A DNA stretch of 64,000 bases. It comes from the human T2T-CHM13v2.0 reference genome, Homo sapiens. The position numbers and the translations under genes were made by a program. The stretch lies in the NCBI RefSeq assembly GCF_009914755.1, contig NC_060929.1; one strand, 5' to 3'. Below the pieces are notes generated by a model that was not told the DNA's origin, made no database searches, and saw nothing but the letters and a program-made list of their open reading frames with translations. The number at the start of each line of letters is the position of its first letter. Within the stretch, counting starts at the first letter, position 1. This document shows positions 41,010 through 64,000 of this stretch, piece by piece.

Positions 41010-41570
41010 GTGCTTAATGGGTGAATTATTCTGTTCCATGGTGGTAGCTGTAGTGGACATCTGTGGGTTTTGCCTGGTGACAGCATCTGAATTTTCTTTG
41101 TGAAATAACAGTTCCCTCCCCCCACCACCCACCTCAGCTCATGTGATTTGGGCAAAACTAATATGCCCTGTATCTCTGTACTCCTCGCAGGGGTGGGCAG
41201 GCAATCCCTGCAGCCATGGTGGATGCATATGACTGACAGTGTCCTGTGATATTCAATTCCACAACTCCAGAGGAAACTACTGATCAAGAGGCATCCTCCT
41301 TCTGCTGGGGTTCCCTGAGCTGGTGACTTGGAAGCCAGGAGCTGCCGGAGGCCACCTGTGACACTGCAAAGGGACAATCTGCCAAAGAGTGAAGCCAACA
41401 CAGAGAAAAGCAGGGGAAAGAGGCAAGCAGTTTCCTAAAGACATATTTTGAGACCCCCGAATCCAGCCACACTTGAATATATTCCAGGTAAATGAGCCAG
41501 TGTGAATTTCCTTTCTGCTTAAACCAGTCTGACTCGGGTGCCTCTCACCCACATCTGAAAGGCTCCAAGT
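41010..41570 (+). mobile_element. Old MLT1 (I/J-like) MaLR LTR
   Basis: ggaggccacctgtgacact...gaagccaacacagagaaaagca...aatgagccagtgtgaatttccctttctgcttaaaccagt motifs. Confidence 0.55.
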
Positions 41571-43448
41571 CAATACTGCCCCTCATCACACTGAATAACC
41601 ATCACTTGTTTCCTTGGCTGTTGTCCCATTAGACCCAGGGCACTTGAGGGCAGGGCCTAGTTCAAAGCCATCACGATGTCTCAGTGCCTGATTCCAACCA
41701 TCCTGGATGAATATTTGCTGAATGAATAAAAACCCAATCTGACTCAATGTTCATTTGTGAACTTATTGGTATATGAGGCCCAAGAGAAGCCTGAATTCTC
41801 TAGTCCAACCCACTCTTCCCCTCCTCCTTCCACCTTTCAAGGCCTAATTCCAAAGCCACCTCCTCTGAAGCTGGCCCATGGCCTGCACCCCAGTCCAAAA
41901 GTGCTTTCGCCCACATCAGGACCTCCATGGTATGTTTCTGCCTTTTACAGTAATTCACACACATGCCTGGCCTCTCCAACCAGACTGAGAAGTCCTGAGG
42001 AAAGGGTCTAACATTGATTCATTTTTATATCAAGCTAGCTCCTGGCACCCGCCAACTCAAAAAAAAAAAAAAAAATCTGAATCCAAAGGATCATTTTATT
42101 CAATATTCACCAACCCCTAATATAAGTCAGGCACTGAGAATATATGGGTGAATACAGCATAATGATTAAGAATAATGATGATGATGACAATAGCTACCAT
42201 CTACTGAGGTATTACTTAGTGCCCAGCACTAATCTAAGCACTTTACATATATTAACTCATTTAACCCTCAGAGAAAACCAATGAGGTGGCTACCATTATG
42301 CCCCATTTTACAAATGAAAAAACTAAGGCTCAGACATCAAAGAATTTGCCCAAGGTTGCAAAGATGGTAAGTGGCAGAGCCAGGACTTGAACCCAGGCAA
42401 TCTGGCTCTGAATCCCTGCTCTTAACTGAATCTTATGCTATAGGATCATGAATACTAAACAGACTGCTTTGTAAAAACCATGGCCTTCTCCTGTCTAATG
42501 CCTAATGTCTTTTGGAAAGAGCTGGGCTAAAAATGGAATCGACCATGCCCAGTGATTCTGGAGCTTGGACAGCAGGCAGGTTTTTAGCAAACTGGAGTCA
42601 GACACACTGGTCTGAATTTCTAATAGCACCATTCTTTGGCCCGATGTGTGTTACTGGGACCTCCCTGAGCCTCAGTTTCTGCAGGATTAATAATCTCACG
42701 GGCAGTTACCGGGCTTAGAAGAGTTAACACATGAAAATCACTTAGCATAGTACCTGGCTCCTACCACACAATCAGTGAGCGGACGCTGCTGTCACTAGTA
42801 CCTTTTATTATTATTATGGAATAAAGCAAATGTACAGGGCTTGGGACAAGGTATACTGTCCAATATTATAAATGTGCTTCTGGTTTTTTTTTTTTCTTTC
42901 TTTCTATAACCTTGAAAGAATACCTGCCCTTCTCTAAAATGATTCAACTAGGGCTGCTTACCAGGCCCACAGAAAGCCCTGCTGCCAGCCGGCCTTCAAA
43001 ATGGATTAAGGATTTGGAGTTCTCTTCATTTCTCCACTCACAGGATCAAAGGGTGCGGGCGAGGACTGGGAAGCGGGGGAGGAAATGCAAGATGGAACAG
43101 GCCCCAAGTTTTTAACTGGCATAAGAGCAACTGTGGTTCATCCTAGGCTCAGCTGAGCTGCAGGGAGCAGGCCCCCATGATCTGTACAGCCTGTGCCCTT
43201 GAGAAATAAACACAACTGCCAGAAAGCAGCACGCTTCAGCTACTGCTAATCCCAGGCTACAAGACAAGCAGGAAATCAGAGGTGCCCTGTGATGTGTTTT
43301 CCAAAAAGCGTCAGCAAGTACACAGAGCAAGGAGGAGGGGACAGTCCAATGCAAATACACAATTGGGTTTCAGAACAGGGAATAAAGGCTGAACGCACAG
43401 ACCAGCCCCAACCGAGGGCACACAATGCTCCATCCTCAGCCTTGACTC

Positions 43449-43467
43449 CACTGCCCTCTAGAGGACA
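43449..43467 (-). promoter_or_regulatory. Candidate CTCF motif
   Basis: The reverse complement tgtCCTCTAGAGGGCAGtg fits the CTCF core CCNNNAGRKGGCR. Motif match only; occupancy unknown. Confidence 0.35.
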
Positions 43468-43980
43468 CACAGGCACCAGCCGACAGGTTTTCAGCAAGTT
43501 CCCGCTGTGGAAGGAAGCAACGTGTTCTCCTATGAGGGAGGATCATAGGCTTTGAGCCACTGAGAAAACAGATGCCCTCCATCCCTCAGCCACGAGCCTC
43601 GTTCAGCCTCTCTTTCATCTCTCCCTTGGACTTCAGCAACAGCCTCCTCACTGGTATTAATAAAATAATAAAACGATCCTCTATTAAATGCTGACCACAG
43701 GCACTGTGCTGAGGGATTATACACGTTAAATCATGGGATTCTTACAACATCCTAGGAAGCAGGTAGCATTCCAATTTACAGATGAGGAAACTAAGGCTCA
43801 CACAGGTTAGAGGACCTGGCCAAGGCCACATAGCTAGCTACAAGTAGAAGATCTAAAGTTTAAACCCAGCAAGGGTTTAAACCCTGGGCAAGGGCCCTGT
43901 ATCTGTCTGACTAACCACTTTACCAACATTAGCGGCAGCAGCAACAGCGACCCCTGAGAATGTTAGAAAATCAAACTCTC

Positions 43981-44290
43981 GGCTGGGCTCACACCTGTAA
44001 TCCCAGCACTTTGGGAGGCCGAGGTGGGCAGATCATGAGGCCAGGAGTATGAGACCAGCCTGGCCAACATGGTGAAACCCCATCTCTACTAAAAATACAA
44101 AAAGAAAAAATAAAAATTAGCCGGACATGGTGGCAGGCACCTGTAATCCCAGCTACTGGGGAGGCTGAAGCAGGAGAATTGCTTGAACCCAGGAAGGCTG
44201 AGGTCGCAGTGAACCGAGATCGCACCATTGCACTCCTGACTAAGCAACAAGAGCAAGACTCCGTCTCAAAAAACAAACAAACAAAAATAA
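43981..44290 (+). mobile_element. AluS
   Basis: Dimer; TSD aaaat(c/a)aaactctc. Confidence 0.9.
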
Positions 44291-45046
44291 AACTCTCAGA
44301 GTGGGTTCTAGCAACACGTGCTTTAACAGCTCCTCCAGATACTTAGATGCACCCTAGCTTGAGAAGCTCTGCACTAGACGGAGTTGCTTCAAGAAACTCT
44401 CTCCCTCAATCATGACATTTCCACACTGCCCCAGGTGGTCTTCCTAAAACACAACTCAAACTCTTTAAAGGCCTTAGAACTCCACTGGCAGGCCCCGGGC
44501 CTAACTCAGCACAGCAGTCAGGCCCTCCACAGCCCCTTAAATCCATGAGAAGCAGGACTTGGAGAGAGAACCCGATCGAGCATCTCCTCTATCGTGTACA
44601 AGCTCTGCCCTAGTCCTGAGCCTACAGGAGGGTACTTAGTCCTTGTCGGTGAGAAAATCCTTCTGCCCAGAATAGAGAGACTGAAACTGGGACAGGTGAC
44701 AAGATGTACTCATGTTCATGCAGCCAGCAAGCGCCAAGGCCAAGATCAGCGCGTGGGACCATTTGACCCCACAGCCCAAGTGCTTCCAAGGCAAATAGGG
44801 CCAAACTGGTTAGGAAGCTGGGCCAGGGGCCCATGGCTGTGGGCTCTGACATCCAAACAGGCACAGGCTTCCCACCCCAGGTTCTGGTCTTTAACAAAGT
44901 GACCCAGCCAATATCCAGCTGATTTCATCCAAAGAGGCTTCATGGATAAATCCCAGTCTTGACCTCCTCCTCTGTGACCCTAATAGTAGTGGGATAGGAG
45001 CTGGGAGAGGCCAAAGCCCTGAAAGGATCCTCAAGAAACCACATCC

Positions 45047-45411
<365 letters not shown>

Positions 45412-48400
45412 TCAGTCAACACTCTCCTCAGTGCAAGACTGTTCAAGGAGTCCATTCTCACCCTGCCTGCCCCGCTGCCCTGCTCCTTGTCCACAGCAGA
45501 CCAGGATGGTGCATGTCTCCACGCCTTTGCAGACACCAGCCCCTCTGCCTCAAACCTTCTCCAAGAGCTGCCCAGCAGATTCCTACCCACCCTTCTAAGA
45601 CAAACCCCAGTGCCTTCTTCAGGAAGCCTTCTCCCTCCACTCCCAGGCACTGTTGTGCCATTTCTGTGACAACACTCACCTTTCCACAGATCAGAGAAGC
45701 ACCAGGGCCTAGGATGGTGGTTCTCCATCCTGTTAGAATCCCCTGGGGAGCTTGCTTGGCATGGAGAATGAACATCAGGTGGTTCCAGTATATAGCCAGG
45801 ATCAAGAAAATTGACCTCCTGGAAGACCTGGGCTTTGAAGCTGCACACAAATGTATAGATCCTGCTTCTCTGCCTCACAGCTGAGTCACTGGAGCAAGGA
45901 AACACAACCTGCTTCCCACCCTGTGAACTGGGGATTACAGCACCTACCACGCTGAGATCCCACCTTCTTGCCTCCTCCCCTCCCACATCCCCACCAAGCA
46001 AGGACTAACCGCCTGCTTGTCATTCTGCCCAGATTGGTAACTCCTTTCTCGTGCATTCGTTTACTTAATGGCTATTTATTGAACACCTGCTGAGTACTAC
46101 CAGGCACGGTGCTGGAGATGTGGGGTACGGCAATGAACATGTCAGGCAAAATTGCTAGAACATCTGGCAGTTTACCTGGGGAGACAGCCACAAAGGAAGC
46201 AAACAGGAGTAGCTTCCCATGATAAGCACGCTGAATAAAATTAAAGTCGGTGGGAAGAGATCCAGCAATGGGGCAAAGGGAGGCTACATTAACATTCAGG
46301 TTAGAGAGGACTGCTTCTAAATTAAGACCTAAATGCTGAGAAAGCAGCCTGGGAAGATCAGATCTGAGGAAGGTGGAGTGAGAGCCAATGGAGTGTTCTA
46401 GGCAAGGGAGAGGTGGGATCTGTCTTGCTTTTTAATGAAACCACTCACATGAATTGTCACCATCTGCACACCAGGCTGTGGGACCTTCACCTCTGTACCC
46501 TCAGTGTTCCAGTCAGGCCTGGCACAGGAGAGGGGTTGAGTGACTGGCTGAATAAATGAACCCTCTTCCCCTGAATGTGTTGTTTCCAGGTCTCCAAGCT
46601 AAAGCTTCTCTGTCCCCTGGCTTCTGCCCATCAGCAGTGTGACATCTTTCCCACAAAGAACCAGGTGAATCCCATGTTGATGGTCAAACTCCTAAGACCC
46701 TAAGCCTCTACATCTGTGTTACTGTTAAGCCACATCTAGACTAGGCTAAACTTAAACAGCTGGGATGAAAGGAACATGGGCTTCAAACTCATATACAGAC
46801 CGTTTGACCCTGGACAAGTTCTCTAACCTCCTTGAACCAGTTTTTACCCGTACAGTAGGTCCAAGGTACAGTGGTCTGGTTTATCCCTCTCCCTTGTACA
46901 GTCCTAGCCAGACGAGTTCAATTTGTGGTCAACCCAACAGAGCGTGAGAGGGCCTCCTATGTGTTGAGCAAAGCACTTTGGCCGTCATTTTGGAGGAGAC
47001 ACAGCCCATCATAAACGTTCAATAAACAATCACAGGCCTGATCACCCTCAACCTGAACTCAACCGTGATACTTCAGGAGAGCAGCTATTCTCGAAGCTGA
47101 CTGTAATCCCCCTTGGGGGTACAGTTGATGACCAGCTACAAATCGACCTGTGCCAGCCCAGATTTCCTTTGGTCCTCAAGGACATCCCGAGATGACTGGA
47201 CAGATTCCTTGCTGCATCTGCACCATTCCCTGACCTGTATTCCAGTAACCTTATCAGGAAGGTAACAGGAAATGTAAATTTATCAACTTGTTCTTGGTAG
47301 ATCTATGGTGCCCCAGTGGTCCCTGACAGCGGGCAAGTTGTACCCGGTGACTCTGTCACTGACGCTGCTGGTCAGGTGGGCATGTTTTCACAAGCAGGTC
47401 TGCTTCTTGTAAGTCGTAAAAGAGTGAGATGCTAGATGTCTTAAAATTGAACGACTTATGCCTCTTGCCGGATGTCTTAAAATTCAACAACTTATGGCTC
47501 TGCATCACTAACCATCCCAAACATGTAAACTGTTAGTAAATCTGTATAAATATTGGCTGAATAGTTTCCAGTTTAGTGTTCCTGAAAGTTAAATGGCCTT
47601 AGCTCTACAAATGGGTGATAAAAAATAATTGTCAAATATTCATTTTCTCCAAATCCCATCCTCTTTTCAAGGCTACAGTATCTTCTTTACAACGCTATAT
47701 CCCTCCCTTTTAGACAATGTGATGAGCCCAGGGGACACTGAAAACCCCTTCCTAAGGTAGGGAGGTTATACAGCACACACGTATGGTATTAGCACCTAGG
47801 TAACAAGAGCTGCTGTTTCCTGCACGCCCACAGTGTGCCAGGCATTTACACACAGCAACTCATTGAACCCTCCTAAGTCACATTACCATCAGGCACATCT
47901 TAAAGACAAGCAAAATCATGGAGGTGAAGTAATTTGGCTAAAGTCTCCCTGTTAGCAATGGCAGGAAAGGATCTGAACCCAGGTATATCCGTCTCTTACC
48001 TACTCACCCAGCCACACTACCAGCCAGTCCAAACTGAAACCACTCAGAACCAGACACCCCTCCCTCCCTCTTCCCTCCAGCGACATCTCCTACTGCCCCT
48101 GACCATCTTCACGTCCAGGACACTGACGGCCACACCTTGGCTTGGCTCCAAGCTGCAGCAACGCCCCCCCACCTGTCCCCTGTCCTGCACTCACCTCTGC
48201 TCTACCCAAGGCCTGCACTGAGGCCACCCCCTCCCCATATGACCCTTTCCCAGCAGCCTCAGTTAACAGGAGCTTTGCCCCCCTCCTCCTTCACCCGCTG
48301 CTGTGCAGTCTGAGTTATGCTCCACTTGTTCACACACACACACACTTATCCATCATGAGCCCAAACTGACTGCAAACGGAAAGCAGATCTCATATTTCTC

Positions 48401-51218
48401 CTCTGAACCTCCCACTGCGCCCGGGGTGTGATGGATCCATATCCTCCCTTCACAGCACTCACTCTGGAATGATGAACGTTGCTCGCTTGGTGGCGGCACT
48501 GGAGCTGAGAAGGATGACAGACCAGTGACAGGTCTCCATGCTCTCGCTAGGAGCTCCTCCACCTCAAGCAAGGGGAAGGCTTATTAAGCACCTCCCTTGT
48601 GCCAGGTGCTGTGCTAGACACCGTACAGGCTGTATCTTGTTTAATCTTCCTAACGACCCAAGAAGGGGATTCATTGTCTCCACTTAATGGATGAGCAAAG
48701 TGGGTTCAGATAAACCACTGCTGGAGCCAGCTTCAAATCTGATTCTGCCCAAGTTATGAAGCCAGTGTTATCTCCACCGCACCACAGCGTCAGAGAGAGA
48801 AAAGAACGCAACGCCTCACCTACATCTGGGTATCTCTGAGTCCGCAACACACTCTGTTCAACCTCTACTCTCTTCCTGAAGAGAGGAATTACCTTTTACA
48901 TCTGTCTATGGGCTTTTTTCCTTCCAAAGCAGGAAGACATTTCATGGTCCTTTGTGTAACTAAAACCCTTAGGGAGCAGAATACATCTTTCAAACAGGAA
49001 AGGGCTCAAGGACATTTCTACCCCATTCCTGGCCACTCTCAACTGAGCCAACCCACACATCACATCGCACCCCAACCAGATTCTCTCTGTCTTCCCTCCC
49101 CCAGACCCTACACCCCCCGCCCCTACAAGACCTCCTAGGAGCCTGCTCTGGGCTTAGCCCCTTCCTTGGATCCACCTGCCTCTGGTCAGGACTCCCTGCA
49201 CCAGCCTCCCATCCCCACACAGGACCCTCTCCCAGGACTCCAGCTGCTCAGCCTCCCACCCACACAGGTTAAGGTGTGGGGAACAACATGGCACATACAC
49301 TTCACAAGCTTCCCATGTGGCATGGCTCATCCTACTCTGGATCTCACGCCATCCAAATACCAGGATCTCAGCAAAAGAGATGATACTACAAACTTCACTA
49401 CCTATCAGTCTGACTTGTCATTCCAGCCAACACAACAGTGGGTCATTGGTATGTGGATACTGCAGTCTGTTTGGGCACATGATGAGTAAGTGTGTGTGTG
49501 AACAAGTGCAGCAAATCCTAGACTCTCCCTGCCAACTAAAATCTAGCTCGTAGCTGACCTCCCCACTCACTCCTGACTTGCTGATGTGTGTAGTAGCAAC
49601 TGCAGAAAACGCCTCGACAGACCAAATAATAAATGGCCAGCTGTGACTCTGAATGGCATCCTTCCAGCTCTGCAGAATTAGAAAATGCACTCAAACCAAA
49701 GGGGCCCCGGGTCTGAGACATGTCATTTCCCCAGGATGGACCCACCTTGAACTCCTCCAGTACTTCAAAGCCAAGGCACAGAGATGGTGTCATCAAGACC
49801 TTGAGAGTCTGCAAAAACTCACACACACTGGGACTCCTTGCTCATGGATGTGTGTTCTCCTGTTGCTACAAGTGTCCCACCAGTTAAATGCAAAGTTTCC
49901 TCCTGTTTAAGTGACAGGTCGTGTGGATCACTAATTTACATAAACCCAGAGGAGAAAAAAATCCACAAGGATGGAAGAGGGAATCAATCAAATATTAAGA
50001 TGTAGCCCAAACCCTCAGCATCTGGTACCAGTTCTAGAGGGAATATATAAACATGGCAGAGACCACAGGAATGACAGATGGTTGCAAAAACAAGAAATAA
50101 TGCATCAAATTTACTCACGGTGACACGAACAACACTCAACTTCTGCCGCTGAGGTGGCAAGTTGGTTTGCAACTGAAAAGACCCTTCATCAGGGAAGGTG
50201 AGAAACGCTACTGCAAACACTACTGTGCACACTACTGCACCTGCTCAACACATCACTCACTACTATGAGCCAACAGTTGACTTCTCATGGCCATGGTTTA
50301 TTCATCTGTGAAGCGGGAATGGCAATACTTGCAGAAACAGAGTAGCCCATTACAAGCAAAGGCACATGGGCCTTTAAACAAACCTAGATCTGAATACAGT
50401 CACTTGATGAGTAACACTGAGTTACTTAAACTCCCTGAGGTAGTAAAATGGTGATAACACCCACCTCAGAAGGCTGCTGCAAACACTGAGTAACAGCTGA
50501 TAAAAGTGTTCCTTATAGTAGCAGGCATGTAGTGAATGCCCAGTAACTACAAATGTCTATTAAGACTTGTTGAGTGTTTATAATACTCCCCAACATGGTG
50601 CTATGCACCTTGCCTAACTTATCTTGCCATACTTGGTTTGTCTACCCTTCATGTATGAAGATAAACATGTTTTTATACATAAACATGGACACGAGAAAAC
50701 TTCTGGAAGGATATACATCAAAATTCTAATAGCAGTTACCTCTTGGTGCTAGGAATGTAATTTTTCTTTTTGCTTATCTTTTTCCAAAATTTTCTACCAA
50801 CACTATTTCTATATGCCTCAATATTTGCTTTAACACCAAACAAAATTACAATATAATGAAAAACCACTGCTCTTAGGTAACAACCCTCCAAACATAAGCC
50901 CTTTTTTTTAGAGGGAAGAACTAATAAAGCTTTGCTTTCCATGAGGAACCAATAAGTGTTTTTCTTTTCAATAAGAAAGCTAAATGACTTACTCCCCTCT
51001 TCACTTTGCCACCAGGAAGCTCAGAGCCAAAATTTTAGTTTGGTCATTCAATTAGCTTTGTCCCTATATTTCAGAGGCTTCTTGGTTGGGACATTAAATG
51101 ACAGAATTATAACATTTAAATTCTCTTTCTGAAATTAAAAAAAAAAAAAATACAAAACTGCAACTCAAGGACATAATAATTTTAAAAGTCTTAGAAGTTC
51201 CATAATAACAAAAGTCAG

Positions 51219-51224
51219 TTTATT
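51219..51224 (-). terminator. THOC3 main polyadenylation signal AATAAA
   Basis: tttatt on the + strand ~410 nt past the stop codon, followed on the sense strand by U/GU-rich sequence. Confidence 0.75.
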
Positions 51225-51635
51225 AAATGCTCAATTCTCAAAATTATATGTATATATTTTTAATTATTTAAAAAAACTTCCATGCCCTTCCATTCCCCTC
51301 CCTCCAAACTAGGTATTGTCCAAGTTGTATCAAATGCCACAAAGTCTACCATGCACCCAGAAGCAGAGAAGACAGGAGGTCCAGAGGACAAGGTATGCTG
51401 GGGTCACTACTCGCACTGCAGAGTCCACGCGAGTTAACTCATGCTGGGGGCAAAGAATGGAAAGAGCTAATACACAGACAAAGCAAAAGAACGAAATGCG
51501 CAGCCTGACCAGAGACGTTTACAATTTATACCAACTTACAAATATTTAGGGTGCCCACCAACTCCGAGAGAACAGACCAAACTAACCACATGAAGGAAGA
51601 CCTCTGCCGGGGCCTCCTCTCCCTACAACCTCCTC

Positions 51636-59922
<8,287 letters not shown>

Positions 59923-59994
59923 GCCGAGCTCCCCAGCTTCCAACTCACAACACTGCAGCAGCCTCCACGGCGCAGTCAGTCCTGGCGCCGCTGC

Positions 59995-60080
59995 CGCACG
60001 CATGCGCCCGGAAGAGCGACGGCCCCTCTGCGCAGGCGCGCTGTACCCCGCCCCGGAAGGGACTACAAATCCCGGTATGC
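59995..60080. promoter_or_regulatory. Housekeeping core-promoter motif cluster (NRF1, ETS/GABP, GC box, ZNF143/THAP11)
   Basis: NRF1-like gcacgcatgcgc (~59996-60007) and tgcgcaggcgc (60029-60039); ccggaag at 60008-60014 and 60053-60059; ccccgcccc at 60046-60054; actacaaatcccggtatgc at 60062-60080. Confidence 0.75.
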
Positions 60081-60479
60081 AGCGCGTGCCCGCGTCTGCT
60101 TACTTAGTAATATTTGGTTCTTTTAACTCCAAATATGCTTCACACTTAACGATTCCGAGTTTTTTTAGTGTTCTTATTTCTCCCTTACCTATTCTTTGGT
60201 AGATATATGTGTATTCCTGTTTAATCGAATAAAAGAACCAACACTAACCTTCTAAACAGTTAACTCATCACCTTTCTTCTGGGGTTGTTCCGTAATCCCT
60301 AGTCCCCTCCCTTAAGAGCAGAAAGCTCTGGTCTTTTTGCTGGAGAAGGACCAGCTGGTGAGCTTGTCCCATGAAAAGGGCTAGCGGGTGTGGAGTGAGG
60401 GAAGAGGTGTTAAGAAGGGGTCTGGAGGTTTTGTTTTTTTTTTTTAAATAAAAATGGATTTTTTGTTTTTAAAAAGTAA

Positions 60480-61032
60480 TGGCAGAGGCGTGTGAACCAG
60501 AGCAACTCTATCTTAAATAGGAACTGGGTAAAATGAGGCTTAAACCTACTGGGCTGCATTCCCAGACTGTTAAGGCATTCTAATCACAGGATGAAATAGG
60601 AGGTCAGCACAAAATACAGGTCATAGAGACCTTGATGATAAAACAGGTTGCAGTAAAGGAACCGGCCAAAACCCACCAAAACCAAAATGGCGATGAGAGT
60701 GACCTCTGGTCATCCTCACCTCTACACTCCCACCAGTGCCAGGACAGTTTGTAAATGCCATGGCAACGTCAGGAAGTTACCCTATACGGTCTAAAAAAGG
60801 GAGGCATGAATAATCCACCACTTGTTTAGCATATCATCAGGAAAAACCATAAAAATGCGCAACCAGCGGCCCTCGGGGCTGCTCTGTCTATGGAGTGGCC
60901 ATTCTTTTATTCCCTTTACTTTCTTAATAAACTTGCTTTCACTTTGCACTGCGGACTTGCCCTGAATTCTTTCCTGAGTGAGATCCAAGAACCCACTCCT
61001 GGGGTCTGGATTGGGACCCTTTTCCTGTAACA
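60480..61032 (+). mobile_element. MER41A-like ERV1 solo LTR
   Basis: tggcagaggcgtgtgaaccagagcaactc...aataaacttgctttc...gggaccctttcctgtaaca. 553 bp with TG...CA ends and a near 4-bp TSD gta(a/t). Confidence 0.85.
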
Positions 61033-62044
61033 GTATTACATGCACATGATTGTAAATATAAAAATAAAAGATATAGAGTGAAAAGTAAATGTCCACCTGC
61101 GTATCCACCCCACCTCTCATATCTCCCTTAAACCAGTGGCTTCTTGCTGGAGAAAAAAGGGGTGGTGAGCTGCCAGCGCCAGTCAAGGCCCTGGAGAAGA
61201 GCTGAGGGGGGAAGGTTTTGGTGGTGAGTAGTAGTGGTAAATGTGTTTAAAAACCCAATTTTTAAAAGGCAACACGTGCACTTGGTAACAAATGTAAAAT
61301 GTATAAAAGGGAATAGATTGAAAAGCTTCCCTCCATCCTGTGTCCCCAAACTTCTCTTCTGAAAAAGTTAAATTTCTTGTGTGGCCTTCCAGAGACAGTG
61401 TAAGTAAGCACCTGGGCAAGGTAGATAGGTGTGTGCATAACCTCTCCCAACACACTGCCAAAAAGGTAGCATTCCTTACACAACTTGCTTCCTATGGTAA
61501 ATATGTATAGGAAATCATTTCTTGTCAGAAAATGCAGACGTCTCATTCTTCTCAATGGTGGCAGTCTTTATATGAATATATAATATTCAACTGATCCCTT
61601 CATGAATTTGCTTTTAGAACAATATTAGAACAATATTGCAGTGAATATCCCTATACAACCTTCATTGTGCACATCTGCACTTTTTTATTTGGATATATAT
61701 TGCCAAAACACCTATGAAGAGGTTTAATAATTTATACTTCCACCAGCAACATAAGAAAGTGTCAGAAGGTCCTAGGTACTAAATGAGTACACATATAAAG
61801 CATATGGCTCTCAGAAGGACCGTAGGAAATAAGGTCCCTATCTTTCCCCAATCTTTTCCCTACCCCATTGCAACCAGAAATTCTTGGAAACTACAAAGCT
61901 TTTCAGACTCCAAGAATACCACTGAAGTCTCTAAAATCTTGGAGTAGGAAACTATTTGGTGTCTAGTTTTCTTCCTTACCCCTCTTTTTCAGGAATCTTC
62001 ATATATATATATATTTAGATATTTTTCCTACATTTTCCCTGTAT

Positions 62045-62076
<32 letters not shown>

Positions 62077-62320
62077 GCTGCATACACTGAGGATTTACAA
62101 GTCCCTGCCAAGATACAAAAACTGAAGTAGAAAGAGGTAAAATGTCCTGGTCCAGGTCACATGACTATCATGTGACAGAGCAAAGGTTAGAACTCAGATG
62201 TTACTGACTCTAAAATCTACACTCTGATTCTCAGTATCTGAAATCACGTAAATGTGATTCTTTGTATTTCTGCATTCATTTTGTATTTTTGTATGTAATG
62301 TATATTTTTTATTTTTTAAT

Positions 62321-62732
<412 letters not shown>

Positions 62733-62844
62733 TAACATTTCAAGTTGGACTAGCACACATCTGGGGGCAATGTTGAGACTGAAGTCAGAGTCTCTCAAAG
62801 GGGAGATAAAATTGAGGGGAACAGAGTCATGGGCCATTTTTTAA

Positions 62845-63267
<423 letters not shown>

Positions 63268-63329
63268 TCCATTTGCTTTCTCTACATATATCTACGTTAC
63301 TACTCTTTTGTCTAAACATTTGGCAATTG

Positions 63330-63963
<634 letters not shown>

Positions 63964-64000
63964 CATTGTAAGTTGCATACATCTTACCCTTTACCCCTAA

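Noticed and set aside
47435-47501. Small tandem duplications (36-bp period here; also 21601-21638 and ~38593-38626)
   Set aside because: Ordinary slippage-type micro-duplications with no sign of function.

Overview
Primate (almost certainly human) genomic DNA. The only protein-coding gene I can support is THOC3 (THO/TREX subunit 3, WD40 protein) on the minus strand. It has six GT-AG coding exons at 51636-59922 that splice to an intact 351-aa ORF, a CpG-island promoter carrying NRF1, ETS and ZNF143 motifs, and a poly(A) signal near 51220. From recalled knowledge this is the 5q35.2 segmental-duplication region, where a near-identical THOC3 paralog also exists. The other ~50 kb is transposon-derived: about 25 Alus, two long old L1 elements with nested insertions, MaLR/ERV1 LTRs and MITEs. 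I found no new multi-gene system. The most unusual signals are small fossils: (1) a TSD-flanked processed retrocopy of a non-coding mRNA resembling the lncRNA OIP5-AS1/Cyrano, nested in an L1; (2) a 225-bp orphan insert with a 172-bp period and alpha-satellite-like motifs; (3) an inverted, locally templated insertion in the centre of a MADE1 hairpin; (4) a ~98%-identical 418-bp local copy-paste duplication; (5) two old L1s sharing private lesions. Repeat subfamily names come from recalled consensus sequences and are approximate.
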